Source of the DNA: Ptychomitrium polyphyllum
Lineage: Eukaryota
Direction: 5' to 3'
NCBI GenBank assembly: GCA_973851085.1
Contig: OZ316775.1
Coordinates: 8,060,001-8,124,000, forward strand
DNA: 64,000 nucleotides
Made by a program: the position numbers and the translations under genes. The stretch's first letter is position 1. Each line of letters opens with the position of its first letter. The notes under the pieces are model-generated. The model was not told the DNA's origin, searched no databases, and worked only from the letters and a program-made list of their open reading frames with translations. Positions 26,223-38,663 of this stretch are shown here, piece after piece.

Positions 26223-28593
26223 GCAGCGGTTAAAAGTGCCATTGAAAAGCTGAAGTACACAAGAATAGCGTTCGGTGAGAGAGAAAAACAAAGAAGAAAA
26301 TTCTAAAACATCTGAAAACCTAGCGACACACCCAGAATCCCCAACGTCCCGGCTCCGGCCCGCACAGGGCCCGGACGGAGCATCCTAACCCTCTACACAG
26401 CCCTTCTTCTCATATACACAAAGGCGTCGAACTGAAAAAACAGGAGTCCCCACTGAAGGCCATGAGACCGCTCGCATGCAACCGTCCTCTTCGTCCTCCT
26501 CTTCCACGAGTGATGCCATCACCATGCCGAATTGCCGGACAGGACCCTCCTGAACTATGATACTGCGGCTCTGGACCCTCTCAGTCCTTCTTCGATGTCT
26601 TGTTGATCAGCGACTTGTGGATGTGCGGAATCACCCCTCCTCCCGCGATGGTTCCCTTGATCAGCGTGTCCAACTCCTCGTCTCCCCGGATGGCCAGTTG
26701 CAGATGGCGCGGGGTGATGCGCTTCACCTTCAGATCCTTGCTCGCGTTTCCCGCCAGCTCCAGCACCTCGGCAGTCAGGTACTCCAGGATGGCCGCCGAG
26801 TACACCGCAGCTGTTGCCCCCACTCTTCCATTCGCGGCCACCCTCGACTTCAGCAGCCGGTGGATACGTCCCACGGGAAACTGTCCAAAACACACGAAAC
26901 AATGTCAGCACCCATGCAGCCGGGTTCTTTGCTTCCTGCTGTACGCACGCTGGGACGCTTCGCATCACTACGACCCGCTTCGGATGGACCCGGCCATCTA
27001 GAGCACACTTGCCATGCACTTGCACTGCCGTTCGATTGCCAGATTGCGTCACCGGCTCCGCCGCGCGTCCATCAGCAATCCAAAATCCACAGCACTATCG
27101 ACCCGACCGCAATACCTCGCCGACGTCACATCGTCTCGTCCCCTCCTACAACCTATCTTGGACTCGCTCACTGTCGTTCTAAAATCGCTCCTCGTCCAAG
27201 CAACCGGTGACTGGTTCCCTCCCAGTTCAGATACCCGACGGTTCGGTGGATTCGCACTTTATCCCTGATAAGTACCGAACCAGGGGGACCACGCCCCGCC
27301 CACGACGCCGTCACGCTCCGCTTCAGGAGACGACACTCCAGCCCACCACATGCGCGGTTCGTGATGCGAGACGAGTCGAGGCCATGTCACAATGCCGACA
27401 CCAACACCGACCATATTGAAAATCGGCGGGTAACTCCACAGGATAGTAACCAAGACCTTCCGTCTACATTGAGCGCTGTCTAAGCTACGTCGTCCCAGGT
27501 CCACAACTCGGCAGGCCAGAGGCCAACATACAGGCCAAACGTGGTTAGGACGCAATGCCAAGAAACCCGAATGGGAACAGGCGCATGCCCGGTCCGACAA
27601 TGCAAACGGGCCCAGGGTAGCGAAGGCGAACCTGCAGACCGGCGCGGGATGATCGAGACGTCGGCTTCTTCTTATCCTTCTTGTCGTCCACTACAGGAAC
27701 CGGAGCTGCTTTGCCCATCAGCAGCCCCTTGGCGCCTTTGCCCGACTGGTTCCCGCCCACCACCATGCTGTCGCCCTTCCTCTATTATTGCCCTCCCCTC
27801 AAAAACGCCTCGCGCGACGACTCCCTCGCGTCGCCACCAAAACGGTTGTCCTCGGCCCAGCTCGCCACTCGCCTCCCGCGACTCGCCCCCGACGCGCCCC
27901 AAATGTGCAAAGAACCGCGCAACCTCGCACGCACCACAACTGCAGGAGTCCTCACACGAGAGGACGCCCCAAACAATCAGCCACCACCAACACACGGCCA
28001 ACCAAAACGACACTCCCACACGACCGACGGAAGACAACGCCCAATTCCGCGCCACGACACGATCGCAGCGAAACCAAATGCCAACCACACCACCCCAACA
28101 ATACCAAACCACGAAACCGGGCGACGCAAGCGGGGACTACGAAACCCCACAACGCTGCAGCCAGGAACCTCTGCCTCGGACCCACGCTCCCCTGCGCCAA
28201 GAGAATTTTTCCCGCCACAACGACCCAACAAATGCAGGCGAACCGAATGACCCGCCACGGAGCCGCTGATTTGAAAAGAAAACGAGCGTGGGCGCGCCCG
28301 AGGGAGGAAACGAAGGCTGCAGCGAGAGGGAATTAGATGCGGAATCGGGCGAGGGGGGGGGGAGGGGGGGGGGAGGTGTGGAGCGTCAGCACCGGACGTA
28401 ATGAGTGCAGTGCAGGCTGCTTACCGGCGGGGAGGGATGGAAAACGGGGATTGAAACAGGGGAGGGGAGTGGGGGTGGGATGGCGATGGGGTTTGCGTCG
28501 GAAGGCAGGCAGGCAGGACGCGAGGCTGCAGGCGAGCGGGGAAGAACGCGAGGGAAAGAAAAGAACGTGACCTCTGCTGTGCGATGGGGTCTT
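26223..28593. repeat. Left arm of a 2371-bp inverted repeat carrying H2A.Z with promoter and 3' flank
   Basis: Position x pairs with 64307-x. The ORF translations mirror each other exactly and both G10 runs match. Pairing stops at 26222/38085 and 28594/35713. Confidence 0.95.
26581..27766 (-). CDS. H2A.Z: Histone H2A.Z variant, copy 1 (144 aa)
   Basis: Exons 27766-27632 and 26880-26581 with a 751-nt GT..AG intron. [26 protein letters not shown] and [13 protein letters not shown] are H2A.Z-diagnostic. Confidence 0.96.
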
Positions 28594-30349
28594 TGCGCTG
28601 ACGGCCGTGGCTCCTTCTGGTGGTGGGCCCCGGGTTCGCGGTTCATGCCCTTTTCGCCGTACTCGTCGTGTCTCGTGTGAACATTCGAGGTCGTTCTGTT
28701 TTTATTTGCTTTCAGGTGTTTCTATTTTCTCTCTCGCGCGTGGAGTTTCGTTGCCTTTTAGTTTGTTGAAGGAATATGTGCACGGGTGAACATTCTTTAT
28801 GAGTTGGGGTGGGTCACCATCAGGTGGCAACTCATATCTACATGACTCTCAAGTAGATTGATTATGGTTTTGTTTAGTTTTTATTATAATTCATGTATGA
28901 GAATAATTACATAGTCTTGGAAAGTTGTACATGCTTTGATACTTTTTGCGAAATTAGTTTGAAATATTTGAATATCCAAAATTTAAGAACTGAAAGTTTG
29001 GATCTTTTGTTTGTGAATGATTAACAAGCTTCCATACAAATGCTTTTGTTAAAGACATGCAATAGTATCATTACTTCCATTGAGCATTTACAAATGTTCA
29101 TATCCTGTATACAAGCCCCTTTATGTAATCATATGAAACATAATTATATTTTTTTAATTAAAATGATGAAATATTTGTAGAAGGCAATGCAATATTTTCT
29201 TTGGTGTTGTAAATGGCTATTTTTCATATAATTTCTACATAATTCTTTTCTAGTTCACTTATAAAATCATGGTTCTAAATTATAAGTTGTGATTCAAAAT
29301 ACAAAATTTGAAATTAGTTTATTATAACAAAGAATCACATAGATGTAATTATTATGTACAATGATTACTATATATTCATTATTTCTTCTAGATATTCTTT
29401 CTTTTTGCCACTTCTCATAGTCAAACGCCATTATATTATATATGAAAGTTATAACCTTTTAATTGCACAATTAGCTTACCATTGAATGAATTAAGTAGTA
29501 GCATGCAGTACATTATCATGAAGGAAATACTATGTGTACCAATTTATATTACATATAAAAGCATATAGCATGTTTGGAATTGTAAAAAGAGACTCAGTCC
29601 AATAAAAGGGCACAATTTAGCAACTATTCCTCTATCTCAAATTTAGCACATATTCCTCTAATTCCTATATTACTCTATTCAAACTTACATTGTATTGTTT
29701 CTTTCACCTCATTTTCCAAATATTCAATTCAAACCACAAAGATCTAAAGTTTCATCTGAAGGGTTTTGTAATTAACAACAAGCATTTGGTTGTGCTAATA
29801 GCGCAAGTGTTACAATTGATCTTCCCAACCTTCCAACATTGAAAGCCTACATTTATTGTTAAGTGAGGTACAACACTTTTTTGTTTTTTTTCTGTTTCTT
29901 TTATTTTGCAATACTTTCACTAAAGCTCTCATCTTGCCCTTATTTCCAAATCTTTATCTATTAATTGATACAAGTGTTATTGTTGAGCTTTCATGCAGTT
30001 TCTCTCTGTGTTCAAATAATGGCCTAGAGTGTACAAATTCTTAAACCCTTCTTTTAACTATAAGTCTAGATTCCTTGTTTCATGAGCGCACTTCTAAATA
30101 ATCTAAAAACTATAAGTCCTCCACTCTCTAACTTCCAAATCAATTTTGCAAAAGCTTTCATTAAAGTGTGGTAGTTTTTATCACTTTAGGTTTGTCTTGA
30201 CAAAAGTAGTTATATTTCTTCTTGATGTAAGCTTATTTGATAACTACTTGCTCTTAAATCTCAATTGTTATGCACCATCTATAATACCTCATATTGTTGA
30301 ACTTCTAAAGTAGATGTTTCCATGTACAGTTCATTTATATAATTTTAGA

Positions 30350-31030
30350 TGTTTGATATTAGGGACATAAGAAACAAGAAGCAGAAACAAAGTATTTCCC
30401 AAGAATTAGCTTCTAAAGAGCTAATAATTAACAAGAACTTGATACAAAGACTAGAACAAGGCAGGATTCAAGATGATCCACAATTTGTGCTAGCAAGAGT
30501 AAGGAATACCTTGTCTTGCCTCCTATTTATACTATAATGTTTGTATCTCCTAGGATACTTCTAAAAAAGCTTCCTACAAGACTATGAATATACAAGAAAT
30601 CTAGGGAACCTTCCCAAGAAGTTTTCTAAGATGTTGGAACCTTCCTAAGAAGCTTCTAAGGAATTGGAATCTTCCATGGAAGTTTCCTAGGATGTTGGAA
30701 TCTTCCTTGGAAGTTCCCTAAGGTAGCGGAATTTTCTTACGAAGTTTCCTAAAGAGATAGAACCTTCCTAGGTAATTTCCTAAGGTGGTGGAACTTTCCT
30801 AGGAAGTTTTCTAAGGTCATGGAATCTTCGTAGGAAGTTTCCTAAGAAGTTATATGAGATGATGGAGCCTTCTTAAGAAGTTTTCTAAGATAGAGGAACT
30901 TTCCTAGGAAGCTTCATAAAAACAAGTAAGGCTATGGAGACATTTAAAAGTATTCTAAGAAGCTATTATAATATACTAGAAGATTTTAGAATGTTCTAAA
31001 GATTATGTTGCATGATCTATGTCCGTGACA
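30350..31030 (-). mobile_element. Solo LTR of an LTR retrotransposon (about 680 bp)
   Basis: TG...CA termini (minus-strand start TGTCACGGAC); flanks TTAGA (30345-30349) and TTTGA (31031-31035) form a 4/5 target-site duplication; TATAAAT on the minus strand near 30525-30531; no adjacent gag/pol. Left end could alternatively be 30354. Confidence 0.65.
30606..30912. repeat. About 10 copies of a ~31-bp tandem repeat inside the LTR
   Basis: Consensus is roughly GAACCTTCCTAGGAAGTTTCCTAAGGTNNTG with palindromic core CTTCCTAGGAAG; no unique spacers. Confidence 0.85.
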
Positions 31031-31429
31031 TTTGAAGGAATTAAATTTGTCTAATGTTAACATCACCTTTGATTTTTCAAGTTTTTGCCATAATTCTACA
31101 TTTTTTTATCAATTAGGTATAATATTCCTTCTTTGTCTTGTAATTTTTGCAAAATGATGATTGTTTTGCCAAGGTGCTAGCTTCTTGGTCTAATTCCTGA
31201 TTGTACAGTATGCTGTTGTGATATATTTAATTGTATAGTTTAAAACTTGAGTAGTATTTATTATTTGGTGTATTTGGAAAAGAGTATCAGGAAAAAAAAA
31301 AAAATTAGATTAAAAAATGGTTGTAATGAAACCACAATTTTTATTTGTCTTGGAGGTGGAACCGCATCTTGTCTTAGTTTAGGATGATTATGTCAGTTAA
31401 TTGTAGTTTTTCCTGCTTGTTAATTTTGC

Positions 31430-31543
31430 TAGGTACCAAGTCAGGTGCTGCCGTTCTACTCAACGAATCCGACAAGAATCGAACTCGGATTGGTTGAGTA
31501 GCTGTAACTTATCCAATCAATAAAGTTCATGACTTGGTGTCTA
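31430..31543. repeat. Nested inverted repeat / hairpin
   Basis: Inner stem CTACTCAACGAATCCGA (31456-31472) pairs with TCGGATTGGTTGAGTAG (31485-31501), 16/17. Outer stem TAGGTACCAAGTCA (31430-31443) pairs with TGACTTGGTGTCTA (31530-31543), 12/14. Confidence 0.7.
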
Positions 31544-32739
31544 ATCCTACTTTGACAAAAGTTTTATTTTTAACTTGTTTCTTATTGAATTTCAATCTTT
31601 TTTCCTACTTTTCTTAATTTATTTTAGTTTTTTTAGTTTCTATTTTAGGTTTGTAAGGATTGATTTTATTTTTTTTATAATTGGAACCTAGAAGCTTCAA
31701 CCAATAAAAAGAAAAGAAAGAAAAATAAAATAAAATGATTTAGTTTGTTTTTTATTTGAAAATATGGTTAGATAAAAGAAACTAGGAGTTGATGTGGAGA
31801 GATATAGCTGATAAGGAGAAATAAGAGGCAGATGTAACGGTTTGACCACCGCCCTCTTCTTCTCTCTCGACCTCTCTCACTAGATAAGAAGGCAATCATT
31901 CTTTAGATGAGATTTCATAATATAATTTTTAAATTGAGTTTATTTTTGTTGGATTTTCTTTTTTTCTTTGTAAGCTTTCCACAAAGCCATTACACGCTCC
32001 ATTTGGAGTTAGTATGTGGTCGTGGCTTTAGTTTGAGTAAAGTTAACTTAGCTGCCTTGAGTTTCTGAAGGCAGCTACTTTGAATGTTTGTAACTTCTTG
32101 TAGAAATGTCTTTTGTAAGTGAAATTCTTAGAAAAATGTTATGATTACTTTGAAAAGATGGTATCAAAATTTGATGAGCATTGGACTTCTTGAGCAAAAA
32201 ATACAAAGACAAATGCAACCAAGACATAGAAGGCAGTGTACAGTAGAGTTTGGGGTTGTACAATTTGGGTCATTATAGATGATAGAAGGATTTTCTGAGG
32301 TTGATCTTTTGAGAAGGTGTTTATTATAAGATATGTATTATGTACACAAAATTCAAAGTTTGAATTTATCATAAAAGAAGAGTTATGAAATGGTAAAGTG
32401 ATAGGAATATAGGAGTTGTAGTAATGAAGAATGTAATAGATTGAAAGTTCCAAAGCCATTGCAACCAGCTTCTGAAGCTCAATACTAGTCTTGAAGACAA
32501 GTAAGGGGCAGAGATTGGAATGAATAAAGAAGAAAAGGGTGCTTGAACGCTAACAGTAGGGAAGCATTTAAGGCTTTGCAATTACATCCTACCAGGGATT
32601 TTTTCTTCAAAATGTTTGACAATTGTGTAGATTTCATTTATAAATATTGTAGTGAATTGGAGGTAGGCAAGAAGTTTGCAAAGGGCACGTAAGCTGAGCA
32701 CTTCTATGATCATACCAGTCAAGATGGATCGAAAAATGA

Positions 32740-33137
32740 ATGAGGTAGATTAAGAACTTGGAGTTGAGTGTGTTTTTAAGATGTTCAAGAAGGACATTTT
32801 GTTGCAAGACTTGCAATTCTAATGGCTCCATAGATTGTTGGAGATTCATGTGGACGTTTGAAACTATATCCATCTTAAATAATTTCAACCATTTAGGCAC
32901 TATAATAATGTTCAATGTGCAACATTATTAAGAAATGGCAAATTTGCGTTTTTGATGACTAAGGCAGATGAAGATCTATAAAGTGTCATTAATTACAACA
33001 TGTTGAAAACCATTGGCAAGAATTGTTGATCATTTCAAGACGGAATTGGAAATGCTATTTCAACTATTTATTCCATTGCTTATGGGATGGAATTCTTGCA
33101 TGAGCACGACATTATTCACAGGGATCTCAAAGCGTGA
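32740..33137 (+). pseudogene. Protein kinase pseudogene fragment (Raf/MAPKKK-like)
   Basis: 33075-33137 encodes IAYGMEFLHEHDIIHRDLKA* (subdomains VIa-VIb). Broken upstream pieces LGVECVFKMF and NGKFAFLMTKADEDL* fit subdomains II and V. Multiple stops and frameshifts. Confidence 0.7.
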
Positions 33138-35713
33138 ACAATGAATGCTCAATTGGAGTTATAGAAAGAAAATTTTAAAAGGCCCCTAAAGTTATTGTTG
33201 GCTTTAAAAGATGAAAGGATTCTTAAAATCAAACTTAATGGATATATAGACTTTTAAATTGGTGTTGAGAGTCCAATTCTACCAATTGACATTCATTTAG
33301 AGATATATTAAACTTATTTGAAGTTAATTCAACATTACTTAAAGAAAATGAAAGGTGATTTAAATGTAAAGAAATGAAAAAAGAACAACATTGTTTAAAA
33401 AATGGATGAATTAAGAGTCTACTAATGCTTGAATAATATTTGAGAAACATGATTTATATAATAAAGACTATCTTTTTAAAAAGCCAAGTGGTTGAATCCA
33501 AGAATCTAAATAAGTTGCAATTTTAATATTTGTAGATTAATACAAGACTTTCTTCTATAGACAATATCATAGTTGTTGGTACCATATTCAATTAAAATCA
33601 TTTCTTTCTTGTCTAAGCTCAAGAAATTAATAGCAGTATGTTTTCTATGGACACATGTGCAATGCATTGGCTATAGGCACTTGCTTTATGAACTACTTCA
33701 TTTCACTTAAGCGAACTAAGCAATTTGAGTATTAAGAGTATGAAATTAATACCATTAAGAAGTTTTAGCAATAATGAATTTTACCTTACAAACTATGCAA
33801 TGCATGTTTTAACTTAAGATGCTATGTATTAGATTTTGGTTGAATATGTAAGAAGTTGTTGTAATTTTTAAGGCTGTAAATAGAATTTTGATTTTTAGGA
33901 ATATAGATAAAATATAAAAATAGAGATTGTATTAGTGCTTTAGTTGTAATTGTGTTGCTTTTGTTGCTTTTTATTTTGAACATCTTCAACTACATCATAG
34001 TAATGCATGGATAACCATCATTGCTTACTTTTCAATAATTATTTTAAATTTATGATGAAGATGATTTATATACCAAAATCTTTTTGCATTGTTTGAAAAT
34101 CAAACAATATTTATAAATTTAATGTTTGTATATAATAGATAATTTAGGTAAATTGAAAATACACACAAACATACACATACAAATAAAAAATATATTAAAA
34201 ATAGTATAAATTATGTATCCATAATTATGAAACATAATTACAATTAAAAATAACATTATCACCATGGAAATAGAATAAAATATTACATTTGAATACTTTT
34301 GATAAATAAAAGTGTAATTTCAATTTGTGACATTAAAATTATTTAAAAATTAAACTAAAAATTTAAAAATATTAGAATTTCTGAAACAGTTGTAAAACAA
34401 TTTCTTACAAATAATGTAATATTTTTATATCTTCAATTTTTGCATTGAAAAGAAGAGGTTTCAAATTTCACAATGTCATTTAAATTAACTATTTTTTTTA
34501 CTAAAGAAAGCAAATTTTACTATTTTATAGTTACAAGTGTTCAACTTGTATGTGTAATAATAATTGAACTTTTAAGAATGATGAAATTTTTAATTGGAGT
34601 AAATTCTAAACTTTAAAAAAATAAATTGTATAATAGTAATAAAAGCATGAAAAAAAATTCTTGCAAAATTTTATTTTTAATTTAAAAAAATAAAAAATCA
34701 AGATACATCAAACAGTCATTCATTTTGACAATAAAATTCAAATAATGACTCCATATAAAATTTAAATAAGAGCATGAACAATTTAATTTTAATTACAAAT
34801 ATTAGCAAAACCACTATAAATTCTTTATAAAAAGAATGAAATAGAAATCATAAAAATGATGCATGTTATATTGGCCACTTCTATGTCTTCAATACAAGAA
34901 AGATTTTCAAACGTTATAAGTGAAAAATAAGGATCATTATAAAGAAAATTGCTAATATATAGTTAATTTTAAACATAAATATGTACATCAACAATGGACT
35001 TAGTATAAATATATAAGTACATTTAAATAAAAGTTTTAAGCCAATTTAATCTAAAGATTTAAAAACACTTGTTTTATGGTACACTTATCATAAAGTAAAC
35101 AAATAAGACTTTTTGAATTTCAAATATTATGCCAACTTTGAAACTAACCACCTACAAATATAATTGATTCTATCCACTAACAAAATCTCACACTTATACA
35201 ATTACTAGATACTAAATATTCTTATAATTCATTAAGAAACAATAGTGATAGTAAAAACTCAAACTATTATGGAGAATTTTCTTTTGCAAATTAAACATTT
35301 CAGAGGCTAAAGAAATATATTATTCATAATACGTAGTCTTGAACAAACTACTTCCAGTGAACAAGGAAACTACTTAATGGACATTGTGAGACTCAAGTAA
35401 CGCACACACAAACTAAAAAGGACAATTGAACATACAATGCCCCTATAACCTGCCGCCGAGAACCCGACAAACAACACCAGGACTAAATTCTTAAGAGAAC
35501 TAATAACAAGATCAACAGCGACAATGACGAAAACTTGTGGATGCAGTAACATATCCGGCGGGAAAAAAACTCAATAGTACGAACTGTTGAGCATTGACAT
35601 CCGCAACCTCCAGGGCGCTACCACGGTCCCAACGCCACTGCACACATGACACCCAAAAAGTGATGATGTGCAGTGCGTACCCGGAGAAAAGGGGACTCTC
35701 CAAGGCCACCGTT

Positions 35714-38084
35714 AAGACCCCATCGCACAGCAGAGGTCACGTTCTTTTCTTTCCCTCGCGTTCTTCCCCGCTCGCCTGCAGCCTCGCGTCCTGCCTGCCT
35801 GCCTTCCGACGCAAACCCCATCGCCATCCCACCCCCACTCCCCTCCCCTGTTTCAATCCCCGTTTTCCATCCCTCCCCGCCGGTAAGCAGCCTGCACTGC
35901 ACTCATTACGTCCGGTGCTGACGCTCCACACCTCCCCCCCCCCTCCCCCCCCCCTCGCCCGATTCCGCATCTAATTCCCTCTCGCTGCAGCCTTCGTTTC
36001 CTCCCTCGGGCGCGCCCACGCTCGTTTTCTTTTCAAATCAGCGGCTCCGTGGCGGGTCATTCGGTTCGCCTGCATTTGTTGGGTCGTTGTGGCGGGAAAA
36101 ATTCTCTTGGCGCAGGGGAGCGTGGGTCCGAGGCAGAGGTTCCTGGCTGCAGCGTTGTGGGGTTTCGTAGTCCCCGCTTGCGTCGCCCGGTTTCGTGGTT
36201 TGGTATTGTTGGGGTGGTGTGGTTGGCATTTGGTTTCGCTGCGATCGTGTCGTGGCGCGGAATTGGGCGTTGTCTTCCGTCGGTCGTGTGGGAGTGTCGT
36301 TTTGGTTGGCCGTGTGTTGGTGGTGGCTGATTGTTTGGGGCGTCCTCTCGTGTGAGGACTCCTGCAGTTGTGGTGCGTGCGAGGTTGCGCGGTTCTTTGC
36401 ACATTTGGGGCGCGTCGGGGGCGAGTCGCGGGAGGCGAGTGGCGAGCTGGGCCGAGGACAACCGTTTTGGTGGCGACGCGAGGGAGTCGTCGCGCGAGGC
36501 GTTTTTGAGGGGAGGGCAATAATAGAGGAAGGGCGACAGCATGGTGGTGGGCGGGAACCAGTCGGGCAAAGGCGCCAAGGGGCTGCTGATGGGCAAAGCA
36601 GCTCCGGTTCCTGTAGTGGACGACAAGAAGGATAAGAAGAAGCCGACGTCTCGATCATCCCGCGCCGGTCTGCAGGTTCGCCTTCGCTACCCTGGGCCCG
36701 TTTGCATTGTCGGACCGGGCATGCGCCTGTTCCCATTCGGGTTTCTTGGCATTGCGTCCTAACCACGTTTGGCCTGTATGTTGGCCTCTGGCCTGCCGAG
36801 TTGTGGACCTGGGACGACGTAGCTTAGACAGCGCTCAATGTAGACGGAAGGTCTTGGTTACTATCCTGTGGAGTTACCCGCCGATTTTCAATATGGTCGG
36901 TGTTGGTGTCGGCATTGTGACATGGCCTCGACTCGTCTCGCATCACGAACCGCGCATGTGGTGGGCTGGAGTGTCGTCTCCTGAAGCGGAGCGTGACGGC
37001 GTCGTGGGCGGGGCGTGGTCCCCCTGGTTCGGTACTTATCAGGGATAAAGTGCGAATCCACCGAACCGTCGGGTATCTGAACTGGGAGGGAACCAGTCAC
37101 CGGTTGCTTGGACGAGGAGCGATTTTAGAACGACAGTGAGCGAGTCCAAGATAGGTTGTAGGAGGGGACGAGACGATGTGACGTCGGCGAGGTATTGCGG
37201 TCGGGTCGATAGTGCTGTGGATTTTGGATTGCTGATGGACGCGCGGCGGAGCCGGTGACGCAATCTGGCAATCGAACGGCAGTGCAAGTGCATGGCAAGT
37301 GTGCTCTAGATGGCCGGGTCCATCCGAAGCGGGTCGTAGTGATGCGAAGCGTCCCAGCGTGCGTACAGCAGGAAGCAAAGAACCCGGCTGCATGGGTGCT
37401 GACATTGTTTCGTGTGTTTTGGACAGTTTCCCGTGGGACGTATCCACCGGCTGCTGAAGTCGAGGGTGGCCGCGAATGGAAGAGTGGGGGCAACAGCTGC
37501 GGTGTACTCGGCGGCCATCCTGGAGTACCTGACTGCCGAGGTGCTGGAGCTGGCGGGAAACGCGAGCAAGGATCTGAAGGTGAAGCGCATCACCCCGCGC
37601 CATCTGCAACTGGCCATCCGGGGAGACGAGGAGTTGGACACGCTGATCAAGGGAACCATCGCGGGAGGAGGGGTGATTCCGCACATCCACAAGTCGCTGA
37701 TCAACAAGACATCGAAGAAGGACTGAGAGGGTCCAGAGCCGCAGTATCATAGTTCAGGAGGGTCCTGTCCGGCAATTCGGCATGGTGATGGCATCACTCG
37801 TGGAAGAGGAGGACGAAGAGGACGGTTGCATGCGAGCGGTCTCATGGCCTTCAGTGGGGACTCCTGTTTTTTCAGTTCGACGCCTTTGTGTATATGAGAA
37901 GAAGGGCTGTGTAGAGGGTTAGGATGCTCCGTCCGGGCCCTGTGCGGGCCGGAGCCGGGACGTTGGGGATTCTGGGTGTGTCGCTAGGTTTTCAGATGTT
38001 TTAGAATTTTCTTCTTTGTTTTTCTCTCTCACCGAACGCTATTCTTGTGTACTTCAGCTTTTCAATGGCACTTTTAACCGCTGC
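35714..38084. repeat. Right arm of the 2371-bp H2A.Z inverted repeat
   Basis: Reverse complement of 26223-28593; spacer 28594-35713 (7120 bp). Confidence 0.95.
36541..37726 (+). CDS. H2A.Z: Histone H2A.Z variant, copy 2 (144 aa, same as copy 1)
   Basis: Exons 36541-36675 and 37427-37726; donor CAG|GTTCGC, acceptor GGACAG|TTT. Confidence 0.96.
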
Positions 38085-38559
38085 TGCCGTTGTCGTCTGC
38101 GTTTTATTGGTTAGCATGTGTTGGTGACGTTTTCTAAGTTTTGAAAAAGCTCTTTGTTGCTTGAACTGGGGAGGTCTTTGTTGTTATGATGCATGAAGTG
38201 TTTTGTCTTTTTGATGGTCCAGCCTTGTGTGACGTTGTTTTCGAGTTGTTTGTCGTGATTGTTGTATTGCATATTCTTGAATGCTTTGCTACTGGTTTGG
38301 GAGCCGCTGGGATTGATGTTTGGAAGCGGTTTACGGGGAGCGGGATGTTGTGGTTGTTTTTGATTTTAGGTTGACGGGTAATGTCATTTGTGGCTTTTTT
38401 GCTGAGCGTGACGAGGTTGTAGGTAAATTTTTTTTTTTCGTTTGTCGTGATCTTGTGAAGTTTTTGTTATGAGGATATGTGGATACACGTAGTTTTCGGA
38501 GGAGTAATGTTTTGAAGCGAATGTTTCAAGCATAGCAAGTTGGAGGCTGCATGTCAAGG

Positions 38560-38663
38560 TGAACGTTCATGGACAATATTTGGCTTGGAATTTCTTGGCT
38601 ACTTGTAATAATGAACGTTCATGGACAATATTTAGCTTGGAATTTCTTGGCTACTTGTAATAA
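38560..38663. repeat. 52-bp direct tandem duplication
   Basis: TGAACGTTCATGGACAATATTT(G/A)GCTTGGAATTTCTTGGCTACTTGTAATAA twice, one mismatch. Confidence 0.9.

Noticed and set aside
26555..28680. Many long overlapping ORFs (up to 242 aa) here and mirrored at 35594-37752
   Set aside because: Stop-poor by-products of GC-rich H2A.Z promoter, intron and antisense frames; low-complexity translations.
30606..30912. CRISPR-like array of ~31-bp palindromic units
   Set aside because: Units are contiguous with no unique spacers, lie inside an LTR of a eukaryotic genome, and no cas genes are present.
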